Origin: an uncultured Gammaproteobacteria bacterium | GTDB lineage: Bacteria > Patescibacteriota > Patescibacteriia > VMEV01 > CAZAJQ01 | Reading direction: 5' to 3' | Length of the DNA: 64,000 nucleotides | NCBI GenBank assembly: GCA_964485795.1 | Contig: CAZAJQ010000005.1 | Coordinates: 4,678 to 68,677 of the forward strand | In this document: positions 9,265-18,145 of the stretch, in pieces | How the letters are laid out: every line of letters starts with the position of its first letter | Numbering within the stretch: position 1 is the first letter of the stretch | Position numbers and translations under genes: made by a program | Notes under the pieces: generated by a model | Seen by the model: only the letters and a program-made list of their open reading frames with translations | Told to the model about the DNA's origin: nothing | Database searches by the model: none

Positions 9265-10353
9265 ATGGCCTCTTTTTTTATGAATACCGACATACTTTCG
9301 CTTTCGAAACAATTCATATCCATCCGATCCACGGCCGCAAATCCCAAAGAACGCGAACAAATATTGACACTGGCTTTATCGCATCTTACCGGATATACCG
9401 CTGAAACGTTTGAACGCAACGGCGTCAAAAGCGCTTTGATTTATAATTTTACCAAAAGGCCGAAAAAATTCAGATTGCTTCTCAACGGTCATCTGGACGT
9501 GATCCCGGCGAAAGAACATCAATTTACTCCAAAAATCGAAAACGACAGGCTTTATGGAGCCGGCTCCATGGACATGAAGGCCAATGCCGCATGCTTGATC
9601 GAAGCTTTTGCCATGACTGCGCATCAAGTTTCTTACCCACTTGCGCTTCAGCTCGTCACCGATGAAGAAATTGGCGGGTTTGACGGAACCAAATATCAGG
9701 TGGAGCAAGGCGTTTCCGCGGACTTTGTGATCGCCGGAGAACCGACGAATTTTGACATCGTGCACATGGCCAAGGGTATTTTACAGCTCAAAATTTCCGC
9801 AGCCGGAAAAACGGCTCATGGAGCTTACCCGTGGAGAGGAGAAAATGCGGTTTGGAAAATGAAAAAAGTTTTGGACATATTGCAAAAAAAATTTCCCATT
9901 CCAAAAAAAGAAGTCTGGGAAACGACTTTAAACTTGAGCAGCATCGAGTCGTCAAACAGAACGTTCAATAAAATCCCGGACGACTGCACGGTTTGGCTTG
10001 ACGTACGATTTGTACCCGAAGACGCAAAACATATTCTCAAAGATATCAAATCGTTGCTTCCAGAGGGATTCAGCGTTTTCGTGAACACCGATGAAGCGGC
10101 GCTCATGACCCCAAAAGACACCCCTGATATCCAGACTCTCAAAAAAATCACCGAGCGAATATTCGGCGACGCCATCAAACTCCGCGGTGCGAACGGCTCT
10201 TCGGACGCGCGCCACTATTCGAAGGTGGGCTGCCGCGGCATCGAATTCGGCCCCATCGGAGGAGGTATAGGCAGCGATGAGGAATGGGTGGACATACCCA
10301 GCCTGGAAACGTATTGTAAAATTCTGAAAGAATTCGTAATGACCATGAAATGA
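9265..10353 (+). CDS. M20 family metallopeptidase (DapE/ArgE-like)
   Basis: NGHLDVIP, LYGAGSMDMK, DEEIGG, GEPT, GKTAHGAYPW.G.NA, SDARH. Confidence 0.93.
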   Translation: MASFFMNTDILSLSKQFISIRSTAANPKEREQILTLALSHLTGYTAETFERNGVKSALIYNFTKRPKKFRLLLNGHLDVIPAKEHQFTPKIENDRLYGAGSMDMKANAACLIEAFAMTAHQVSYPLALQLVTDEEIGGFDGTKYQVEQGVSADFVIAGEPTNFDIVHMAKGILQLKISAAGKTAHGAYPWRGENAVWKMKKVLDILQKKFPIPKKEVWETTLNLSSIESSNRTFNKIPDDCTVWLDVRFVPEDAKHILKDIKSLLPEGFSVFVNTDEAALMTPKDTPDIQTLKKITERIFGDAIKLRGANGSSDARHYSKVGCRGIEFGPIGGGIGSDEEWVDIPSLETYCKILKEFVMTMK

Positions 10354-10358
10354 CACGA
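10325..10358 (+). repeat. 34-bp direct repeat, copy 1 (3' end of the M20 gene)
   Basis: TGAAAGAATTCGTAATGACCATGAAATGACACGA; 33/34 identical to 12816-12849. Confidence 0.9.
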
Positions 10359-10444
10359 CGTTGACGGCACCCTCGTCAACGGAATGAACACCCAGGTTCA
10401 TCCCTCCCGTTCATACACCCCTGTTAAACATGATCATTCCGTTC

Positions 10445-10741
10445 TTATTTGCTTGATCCGCAAAATGTATTGTGAAGCCAGGCAACCAACCAGGTGCCGA
10501 TATAGGTATAAATGACCGCTTGCAATAGGCCGGCGATAAAACCGCCGAAAGTTATCGCGACATCGCCGGCAAATTTCTCCACATTGACCAAATGAATGAG
10601 CCAGCCGAGCAGTTGAAGCGAAAAATCCGGCCACAGTGTGACGATGACTGCGCAGAGCACATACAGTCCGCCCATTACGCCGCCTGCCGCCAAAGCAAAT
10701 CCATTTTTATTGATCTGACAATAGTGCTTTTCGTTGTTCAT
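10445..10741 (-). CDS. Small two-TM membrane protein (DUF5676-like)
   Basis: F.LA.G....LYVLCA.IV..WP.......G.L.H, then a second TM ending A.L.N. Confidence 0.7.
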   Translation of the reverse strand: MNNEKHYCQINKNGFALAAGGVMGGLYVLCAVIVTLWPDFSLQLLGWLIHLVNVEKFAGDVAITFGGFIAGLLQAVIYTYIGTWLVAWLHNTFCGSSK

Positions 10742-10778
10742 AGATTTATTGTTTTGTTGGTTATTCTGTTTTCAACCG

Positions 10779-10991
10779 TTACTTCAGACGGAACATCAAC
10801 TGCAATATGGTCCCAGCGACAATCATAAAAATGCCTGCTATCGTTAGCGTCCGCTCTTTCTTCATTGTCCGAAGCACGTCCGCATCTATTTTACGTTCTT
10901 TAAAAACATGCATGTGCACCATAAACACAGCAAAACCGATCGCTATCTCTCCCATGGTATTCAATAGAAAACCTATCGTGAACAGATTCAT
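10779..10991 (-). CDS. Small two-TM membrane protein
   Basis: Two hydrophobic helices flanking VH.HV.KE.KID.DV; packed tightly in the operon. Confidence 0.7.
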   Translation of the reverse strand: MNLFTIGFLLNTMGEIAIGFAVFMVHMHVFKERKIDADVLRTMKKERTLTIAGIFMIVAGTILQLMFRLK

Positions 10992-10994
10992 GTT

Positions 10995-11252
10995 CTATTT
11001 TTTTAATTCGTCAAATTTCTTTTTGAATTGATCTTCGGTTGCTCCGCCGAACGCAAAAAACTCATCATTCACAAGAATTCCGGGACTTGAGAGGATATCG
11101 TATTTTTGCACCAATGCTTGGCCTTCAGGGGTAATCATGTCAATTTCTTCAATCGCAAGCTCCGGATAATCTTTTTTCATTTTCTCAAGAGTGGCTTTCA
11201 CCGCTATGCAATGCTGACAACCGGGGGGATGGATAAGGGTTACTTTAATCAT
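10995..11252 (-). CDS. Thioredoxin/glutaredoxin-like protein
   Basis: CQHC motif, ILSSPGILVND..F..G; 85 aa. Confidence 0.88.
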   Translation of the reverse strand: MIKVTLIHPPGCQHCIAVKATLEKMKKDYPELAIEEIDMITPEGQALVQKYDILSSPGILVNDEFFAFGGATEDQFKKKFDELKK

Positions 11253-11260
11253 AAATTTGG

Positions 11261-11473
11261 TTATTGATTGCTTCTTATACTTTGCTTATTCGCATTCGAC
11301 CTCGCGCGAATCGCTCGTGCAATGATACCTGCGCCGACAATGACGATAATGGCTACGAAGGGGCCAATCCAATCAGCTTCGGCAAGATTGGATACCTCCG
11401 TTTCCTCTTCGTGGGCAAACACCTGCGGCGCCGAGGAAAGCAAGAGTGCAAGAGCGGTAAGAAGTATTTTCAT
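11261..11473 (-). CDS. Small secreted/membrane protein (70 aa)
   Basis: Signal peptide ending VFA-HEEE, then a TM helix and a basic tail; start overlaps the upstream stop. Confidence 0.65.
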   Translation of the reverse strand: MKILLTALALLLSSAPQVFAHEEETEVSNLAEADWIGPFVAIIVIVGAGIIARAIRARSNANKQSIRSNQ

Positions 11474-12438
11474 AGATTTGTCGTTTCTGCTTTTTGTTTG
11501 CGAAAAGCATCCCAGAGGATAATGGCACCAATAATTCCGGCGAAGACAAGCCACGGGACGATTCCGCCGGTTCCCTGCGGGAGATTGAGCGATGATTCAA
11601 TGACCGCGGACTCGGCAATTTTGGGAAATGTTATTTCCAAAAATCTGTTCCAGCCCTGATGAACAATTGAATCTTCAAACCACGCCATTCCGAAAAATCC
11701 ATAATTGAAGATAAAAGCACCAAGCCCGACTAAAGCCCAAGCAACCAGGCCTTTCACTTTGTCTTGATATGCGGAGAGCTTATTCATCGCGTTCACGCCT
11801 AATAGAGCAAGAACAACAAGAAAAAAAAGAGGAACGATTCGTCCGAGACCATGAAGCGCGCCAAGCGACGCGCCGACAGTCGGGATGCCGAGAGTCGCTA
11901 CATATCCAAAGAGAATATAGAAAGCGGGGTTGGGGCAGCCTACGCCGGCATTGCCGAGAAAAAATCCCAAGAAAAAACTGCGTATATAATCGTTTTTATC
12001 CTGCAGAAAAGTCGGAAGAATAGTCTGCTTGAAGGGCAATTTGAATTTGATCAGATTGAGCTCTGAAATACCGAATGTCAGTGCCGCAACACCACCAAGA
12101 ATAAGCATCCAGCTGATAACCCGATAGAGCTCCACGAATCCTCCAAGCCAGCCAAGAGCCATCCCGTAGAGAGCGAAAGTTACGGTAAGCCCTGCGCCGA
12201 AAAGAAACGCCATCATTAGTCCCTTGCCGATTTTCTTTGAGAGCGCGAGCGGCACGATGACAAATACCAAGGGGAAAGTGCACGGCAAAAAAATCATGGA
12301 AAGGCCCGCGAGGAACGACAAAGAGTATCCGGGGATGAATTCCGGAGATGTCCACAAGCTAAAAAACCCGATAATGATTATTGAAAAGAGGATGAAGGCG
12401 GCGGATACCAGCCAGATTTTAAGGGTTTTTGAATTCAT
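11470..12438 (-). CDS. CcdA/DsbD-type transmembrane thiol-disulfide transporter
   Basis: FLAGL...LPCTFP and GCPNP conserved Cys motifs; multiple TM helices. Confidence 0.85.
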   Translation of the reverse strand: MNSKTLKIWLVSAAFILFSIIIIGFFSLWTSPEFIPGYSLSFLAGLSMIFLPCTFPLVFVIVPLALSKKIGKGLMMAFLFGAGLTVTFALYGMALGWLGGFVELYRVISWMLILGGVAALTFGISELNLIKFKLPFKQTILPTFLQDKNDYIRSFFLGFFLGNAGVGCPNPAFYILFGYVATLGIPTVGASLGALHGLGRIVPLFFLVVLALLGVNAMNKLSAYQDKVKGLVAWALVGLGAFIFNYGFFGMAWFEDSIVHQGWNRFLEITFPKIAESAVIESSLNLPQGTGGIVPWLVFAGIIGAIILWDAFRKQKAETTNL

Positions 12439-12815
12439 AACTTTTCACAAAGTTTTATCCTCTATCTTTTTGCAAAACGCATGAATATGGATATTCCATC
12501 GCGTATCATTGCCAAGGATAAAAAAATATTTCATGGGATTCGTGAACAAATCACTTCATCATATGAATGGTAATTCATATATGCTGCTATGGCAAATAAC
12601 GGATTGTCCGCATTCATGACAAAGGACTTCCCATACTCAAATTCAACCGCTCAATTGGGAAATATCCTCGATGAATGATAAGACAACGATTTTTATTGCC
12701 TCTGAACGATGTGGGAACATCGTAAAGAATTCACCGCATCGTCAATCATGTTTTTGTTAAATAAAATGATAATGGCAGCAGAAGCGTCATTTGCAGGACT
12801 GGCGTAAGACCAACT

Positions 12816-12849
12816 TGAAAGAATTCGTAATGACGATGAAATGACACGA
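12816..12849 (+). repeat. 34-bp direct repeat, copy 2
   Basis: TGAAAGAATTCGTAATGACGATGAAATGACACGA. Confidence 0.9.
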
Positions 12850-12851
12850 AA

Positions 12852-12956
12852 AAGGAGGGGTATCCCCCCCCCTCCCGATTCATCCTCCTGTTTAACGCCC
12901 CCCTGTCATCCTGAGCCTGTCGAAGGATGACAGGACTCGTCAGTACCCCCCTCCTT
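12852..12956. repeat. MITE/REP-like element
   Basis: Imperfect IR AAGGAGGGGTA...TACCCCCCTCCTT enclosing the hairpin CCTGTCATCCT-GAGCCTGTCGA-AGGATGACAGG (12902-12934). Confidence 0.6.
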
Positions 12957-12983
12957 CGAATAGGTAAATGAACGGATTTTCGG

Positions 12984-13056
<73 letters not shown>

Positions 13057-13275
13057 ATGAAATGAGATTCACTCACGAACCTAGCCATTCCGAGGACGTA
13101 AGAATATTGTAAAGGTATTTCTTATTTTGTCAAAGAATGGCCGTTTTTTTTGACTCTGTGAGTCTTTCATGTTACATTCAATGGCACATGAAAAATTGCA
13201 GAAAGCCGCAAAAGTTTTTTTATTTTATAAATATTTTTTTTCGAATTCTTCATTGAATTCATATCCATCCCCACC

Positions 13276-15240
13276 ATGAACGTCACCGAACTCGCACGCA
13301 GGCTCAAAATCCCACCGCAGGAACTTCGAGAAACTTTGCCGAAGATGGGTTTTGATTTTGGAGGAAAAGCCGTCAAAATTCCCGACCATGTGGCCTATAA
13401 AATCATGCGTGAATGGGATCATCTCATGAAAAAATTTTTTCCCGCTCAAGTCAAAAAACTCGAAGAAAAAATAATTTCCGAACCCCATGAAATCCAAGAA
13501 ATAAAAATCCCGAAAATCATCACCGTCAAAGACTTTGCGGCCAAGATGAATACACCGGTCGTCAAAGTTCTGGAAAAACTCATGGCAAACGGCATTTTTG
13601 TCTCCCTCAATGAGCGCATTGATTTTGACACCGCCAGCATCATCGCCGATGATTTCCATTTTAAAGTGCTCGAAGACACCGCCACCCGTATCGAAGAATC
13701 CGATGACGAAAAAAAACTCGCATCCATTCTCGAAGGTGAAAAAAAATCCGCTCTCAAAAAACGCCCGCCGGTGGTGGTCATCATGGGACATGTGGATCAT
13801 GGCAAAACTTCGTTGCTGGATGCCATCCGAAAAACCAATGTCGCAAGCGGAGAAGCGGGCGGCATCACGCAACATATCGGCGCTTATCAAGCCGAAAAAA
13901 ATCGCAAAAAGATCACATTCATCGACACTCCCGGACATGAAGCGTTCACCGCCATGCGTTCGCGCGGAGCGAAAGTCGCAGATATCGCGATTCTCGTGGT
14001 GGCAGCCGATGACTCCATCAAACCGCAAACCGTGGAAGCCATCAAAATCATCGAGCAGGCCAAGCTTCCTCTCATCGTCGCCATCAACAAAATCGACAAA
14101 CCAGACGCCAATATCGATAAGGTGAAGCAGGATCTCGCGCAAATGAACCTCATCCCCGAAGATTGGGGGGGCAACACCGTCATCGTCTTGGTATCAGCTC
14201 TCAAAGGAACCGGGATTCCGGAATTGCTCGACATGATTTTGCTTGTGGCGGATTTGCACAAAAACGATATACGCGCCAATCCAAAAAGAAACGCCCTTGG
14301 AACCATCATCGAGTCGCGTGTGAATAAAAATATCGGCGCCGTCGCAACGGCCGTGATACAGGCTGGCACCCTCCATATCGGCGACTCACTCGTGGTGCAA
14401 AACGCTTTGGCAGGCAAAGTGCGAGCCATGGAAGATTGGAACGGAAAATCCGTCGATGAAGCCGCCCCATCCATGCCGATTAGGATCATCGGTTTTAAAA
14501 TCGCCCCGAAAGTCGGCGATATCCTCGAAGCGACCGAAGACACCAAAGGGCTCAAAAAACAAACCAAACGTTTTGAAAAGCAGGCTGTGGTGGTAATCAA
14601 AAAGGAAGAGGGCGAAACCAAAAAAGAAACGATCAATATCGTTTTAAAAACCGATGTTTTGGGATCGTTGGAAGCCATCATGGAATCTTTGGAAAAAATT
14701 CATCATCCGGACATATCCGTAAAAATCATTTCCAAAGGATTGGGGAACATCTCCGAAAACAATGTTCTCGAAGCTCAAACCGCCGATGCTCTTTTACTCG
14801 CATTCAACGTCAAAACGGCTCAGGGTGCGGAGAAATTGGCGAAGGAAAAAAATATTCCCGTTCGTTTTCATAAAATCATCTACCATCTTATCGATGAAGT
14901 GAAAAAGGAAATGCAAAAAAAACTTTCTCCGCAAGTCATTCGCACCATTGTGGGAAAAATGAAAATATTGTCGATTTTTCGCACCGAAAAAGACATGCAA
15001 ATCTTCGGAGGAAAAATCCTTGAAGGCAAGGCGATGGAAAAAGCGAAAATCGACATTTATAAAAATGAAAACTTCAAAGCCTCAGGTGAAATTTTTCAAT
15101 TGCAAGCGGGAAAAGAAAAAGTGCGTGAAGTTTCCGCCGGACAGTCCTGCGGCATCGAATATCGAGGTCCTGCGATCGTCGAGGCCGAAGACACGGGTGT
15201 GATCTACACCGAAGAGAGCAAGGAACAAACAATCGTTTGA
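13276..15240 (+). CDS. infB: Translation initiation factor IF-2
   Basis: RPPVVVIMGHVDHGKTSLLD, EAGGITQHIGAY, DTPGHEAFTAMRSRGA, INKID. Confidence 0.98.
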   Translation: MNVTELARRLKIPPQELRETLPKMGFDFGGKAVKIPDHVAYKIMREWDHLMKKFFPAQVKKLEEKIISEPHEIQEIKIPKIITVKDFAAKMNTPVVKVLEKLMANGIFVSLNERIDFDTASIIADDFHFKVLEDTATRIEESDDEKKLASILEGEKKSALKKRPPVVVIMGHVDHGKTSLLDAIRKTNVASGEAGGITQHIGAYQAEKNRKKITFIDTPGHEAFTAMRSRGAKVADIAILVVAADDSIKPQTVEAIKIIEQAKLPLIVAINKIDKPDANIDKVKQDLAQMNLIPEDWGGNTVIVLVSALKGTGIPELLDMILLVADLHKNDIRANPKRNALGTIIESRVNKNIGAVATAVIQAGTLHIGDSLVVQNALAGKVRAMEDWNGKSVDEAAPSMPIRIIGFKIAPKVGDILEATEDTKGLKKQTKRFEKQAVVVIKKEEGETKKETINIVLKTDVLGSLEAIMESLEKIHHPDISVKIISKGLGNISENNVLEAQTADALLLAFNVKTAQGAEKLAKEKNIPVRFHKIIYHLIDEVKKEMQKKLSPQVIRTIVGKMKILSIFRTEKDMQIFGGKILEGKAMEKAKIDIYKNENFKASGEIFQLQAGKEKVREVSAGQSCGIEYRGPAIVEAEDTGVIYTEESKEQTIV

Positions 15241-15249
15241 TAAGCCGCT

Positions 15250-15594
15250 ATGCTGAAAACAACCGAGCAAATCAATGCGTATCTCCAAAAAACGCTGGCC
15301 GAAATCATCCAAAAATGGGTGGATATCCCCGATGAAACGCTCTTCACCATCACGAGAGTGCAAACCAGCCCGGATCATAAGCATGCGAAAATTTTTTTTA
15401 CTGTATTTCCTGAAATCAGGGAAAATACGGTATTTGATATTCTGAAAAAAAACATTTATTCGCTGCAGAAGCAGATAAATCAAAACTTCGCGTCAAAAAA
15501 AGCTCCCCAGATCTTTTTCACTCCCGATCTTCACGTGAAAACCGCGTACGCCATCGACACAATTTTGGATTCGCATTCTTCCGAGCAATCGTGA
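15250..15594 (+). CDS. rbfA: Ribosome-binding factor A
   Basis: Directly follows infB; TITRV..SPD..HAKIF and P.I.F..D; 114 aa. Confidence 0.88.
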   Translation: MLKTTEQINAYLQKTLAEIIQKWVDIPDETLFTITRVQTSPDHKHAKIFFTVFPEIRENTVFDILKKNIYSLQKQINQNFASKKAPQIFFTPDLHVKTAYAIDTILDSHSSEQS

Positions 15595-15681
15595 GATTTT
15601 ACAAAATGGTTTGAGCGACTTCGATGTCGCCTGTTTCTTCCCGTAGGGAAGATTTTTTGTTTCATTGAAACGAAAACTACT

Positions 15682-15821
15682 CGCGCTTATCGACAAAGCT
15701 CACCCCTGCCCGACTCGAAATTCACCCCTCCGTCATCCTCCGCTGCGCTCCGGATGGCACCTCCCCTTGTCCAAGGGAAGGTGCCCGAAGGGCGGAGGGG
15801 TGAGTTCCGTCGATAAGCGCG
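15682..15821. mobile_element. 140-bp MITE-like element with 25-bp terminal inverted repeats
   Basis: CGCGCTTATCGACAAAGCTCACCCC (15682-15706) vs reverse complement of 15797-15821 CGCGCTTATCGACGGAACTCACCCC (3 mismatches); internal REP hairpins shared with 4002-4040. Confidence 0.65.
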
Positions 15822-15915
15822 CGTTAAAGCGGTCTCCCGCTTACCGGCTTTTTCACGAAAAATTGACAAGGTATTTCGGATACCGTATCTTTGATAGTTC
15901 TCTATACATCGGACT

Positions 15916-16893
15916 ATGCAAGAATTTGAAATACTTCACAAAAAACTTCACGATGACATGCTCGAATCCGTGCACGTTCTCATCGTCATTCACCAGATGC
16001 CCGATTCGGACTGCATCGGAGCCGCGCTCGCTTTCAGCATGTATCTTGATACGCTGAAAAAAAAGAATCGCATCTTTTGCAAAAACAAACCCGGAAAACA
16101 ATTTGATTTTTTGAAAAAAATAAAAAACATCTCAGATGACATGAATTTTTTTCGTGAAAAACGCTTTTCCCATATCGTGGTTTTGGACTGTAGCGACCTG
16201 CACTATGCCGGAGTCGCGGATTTCGTCCCGCAGCTTGAATGGAAACCTCGCCCAAAAATCATCAATCTCGATCACCATGTCACCAACGAGTATTTCGGAA
16301 ATCTCAATCTCGTGGATCCATTCTCTTCATCCACGTGTCAAATACTTTACGATTTTTTCAGAAACAATCAGGTTCGCATCGACAAAGACATGGCAACCGC
16401 GCTTTTGTCCGGAGTCATCGGAGACACGGACTCCTTTTCCAATCCCGCCACCACGTTTTCATCGCTTGAATGCGCTTCTCATCTTCTCAAGCTCGGCGCG
16501 CATTTTTTCAAAGTCAGCAATCATTCTTTCAAAAACAAAACCGTTTCATCTCTTCGCGTATGGGGGAAAGTTTTGGCTCGTCTGCAGCTCAATCCGAAAC
16601 TCGGCATCGCATCCACCGTCATCACACGGGAAGATCTTTCCGAATGCGGGTCATCCGAAGAGACGTCACTTGGCATCACCAATTTTTTGAATAATCTCAA
16701 TGGAAGCAAGGCCGTGCTCGTGCTCAAGGAAACCGGCGACGGAAAAATCAAAGGCAGTCTTCGAACCACTCGCGGAAACATCGACGTTTCAAAAATCGCA
16801 AAGATTTTCGGAGGAGGAGGACACAAGAAAGCCGCAGGTTTTTCTCTTGCGGCAAAGATTCAGAAAAACGGGAAAGGATGGGAAGTCGTGTAA
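15916..16893 (+). CDS. nrnA: DHH/DHHA1 phosphoesterase (NrnA-like oligoribonuclease)
   Basis: H..PD.DC.G, LDC, LDHH, GDT, KGSLR, GGGGHKKAAG; follows rbfA. Confidence 0.9.
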   Translation: MQEFEILHKKLHDDMLESVHVLIVIHQMPDSDCIGAALAFSMYLDTLKKKNRIFCKNKPGKQFDFLKKIKNISDDMNFFREKRFSHIVVLDCSDLHYAGVADFVPQLEWKPRPKIINLDHHVTNEYFGNLNLVDPFSSSTCQILYDFFRNNQVRIDKDMATALLSGVIGDTDSFSNPATTFSSLECASHLLKLGAHFFKVSNHSFKNKTVSSLRVWGKVLARLQLNPKLGIASTVITREDLSECGSSEETSLGITNFLNNLNGSKAVLVLKETGDGKIKGSLRTTRGNIDVSKIAKIFGGGGHKKAAGFSLAAKIQKNGKGWEVV

Positions 16894-17056
16894 AGCCACT
16901 CTCGAAAAATACTTTTTTTTCATACATTCAAGAGTACGTGAAAAACCACCTTCTTAAGAAAGTAGACTTTTCCAAAAAAAATCGCTACAATACTGAAATC
17001 CCCCAAACTTCTTGAGGGATTTTTTTATTGAAAGCCTTTTTTGTTTTTCTTACATT

Positions 17057-18139
17057 ATGCGAAGCGATCTCCCCCACCTTTTGGCCCTGAGCCAATGTCC
17101 GCTTGTCGGAAATACGTCCCTCCAAAAAATGAAAAAACATTTCGGCGATTTCGACGCGGCGTCGAAGGCGGCAATGACCGAGCTGCAAAAAGCGGGACTC
17201 AATGCAAAACAAATCGAAAACTTGTCGCAACACAAAAAGACCTTTGATTCATCGGCGTATTTTGCGGAAACGAAACGAAAAAACATCCGCATCACAACGC
17301 TCTGGGACAGTGACTTTCCGAAACTCCTCAAAGAAATTTATCGTCCGCCAAGCATACTCTACAGCAAAGGAAATTTTTCACTCTGCGACTCCGTATGCGT
17401 GGCCGTGGTGGGGTCTCGGAAAATGACGCCTTACGGGAAAAAAGTAGTCACCAAAATCACGGAAAAACTTTGCGAACACGGTATCACGGTGGTCAGCGGC
17501 TTGGCTCTCGGAATCGACGGCGAGGCTCATAGCGTTTGCCTGCAAAACGGCGGCAACACCATCGGCGTTTTGGCTTCGGGAATCGAAACCGTTTATCCGT
17601 CAGCGCATCACCCTCTGGCGAATCAAATCTCGCAAAAAGGGCTTCTCCTTTCCGAATTTCCCATACATGCCAAACCCGCCAAAGAATACTTCCCCATCCG
17701 CAATCGCATCATCGCGGGACTTGCAAAAGCCACCATCATCGTGGAGGCCAAAGAAAGGTCCGGAGCGCTTATCACGGCGTACAGCGCGCTCGAAAACAAT
17801 CGCGAAGTGGTGAGCGTCCCGGGAAATATCGACCAGCCCGGATCAAAAGGGACCAATGAACTCATCTCCAAGGGCGCAAAAATGTATCGCTCGTTTCAAG
17901 ACATTCTCGACATTCTCAATATCGATCCCCGTCCGAGCGCGACACCTCGATATATTGCGGAAAATGAAATTGAGAAGTATATTTTAAAACGTCTTTCGGA
18001 CGGCATGCTCGAAGTGAACTTGCTTTTGGCCGACGCCGCGTATCCGAAGTCTCAAATGCTCGCAACCATTTCACTGCTGGAGCTCAAAGAAGTGATCGCA
18101 AAAAACGGCACCGCCGTTTCGATGAAATCCATGACATAG
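17057..18139 (+). CDS. dprA: DNA processing protein DprA
   Basis: VAVVGSRK.T.YG, VSGLALGIDG.AH, FP.RNRIIAGL, VEA.ERSGALITA, GTN.LI. Confidence 0.97.
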   Translation: MRSDLPHLLALSQCPLVGNTSLQKMKKHFGDFDAASKAAMTELQKAGLNAKQIENLSQHKKTFDSSAYFAETKRKNIRITTLWDSDFPKLLKEIYRPPSILYSKGNFSLCDSVCVAVVGSRKMTPYGKKVVTKITEKLCEHGITVVSGLALGIDGEAHSVCLQNGGNTIGVLASGIETVYPSAHHPLANQISQKGLLLSEFPIHAKPAKEYFPIRNRIIAGLAKATIIVEAKERSGALITAYSALENNREVVSVPGNIDQPGSKGTNELISKGAKMYRSFQDILDILNIDPRPSATPRYIAENEIEKYILKRLSDGMLEVNLLLADAAYPKSQMLATISLLELKEVIAKNGTAVSMKSMT

Positions 18140-18145
18140 CCCTTT

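Noticed and set aside
12440-12815. Possible gene remnant or sRNA upstream of the CcdA-like gene (small hairpin ACGATGT-GGGA-ACATCGT)
   Set aside because: Only short open frames and one 7-bp stem are present, with nothing recognisable to support a call.
13225-14142. 305-aa ORF antisense to infB (likewise 881-1507, 25149-26246, 33338-34165, 34625-35473, 53317-54384, 60904-61617)
   Set aside because: These are shadow frames of well-supported genes on the opposite strand, with no motifs or expression signals.
15665-16057. 130-aa ORF between rbfA and nrnA (likewise 3786-4181 and 3932-4189)
   Set aside because: These are translations of REP/MITE palindromes overlapping real genes.
16963-17027. 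Promoter-like TAGACT-N17-TACAAT followed by a hairpin and U-tract before dprA, read as a riboswitch or attenuator
   Set aside because: There is no room for an aptamer or leader ORF and no alternative pairing was found. It is more simply the terminator of the upstream operon.
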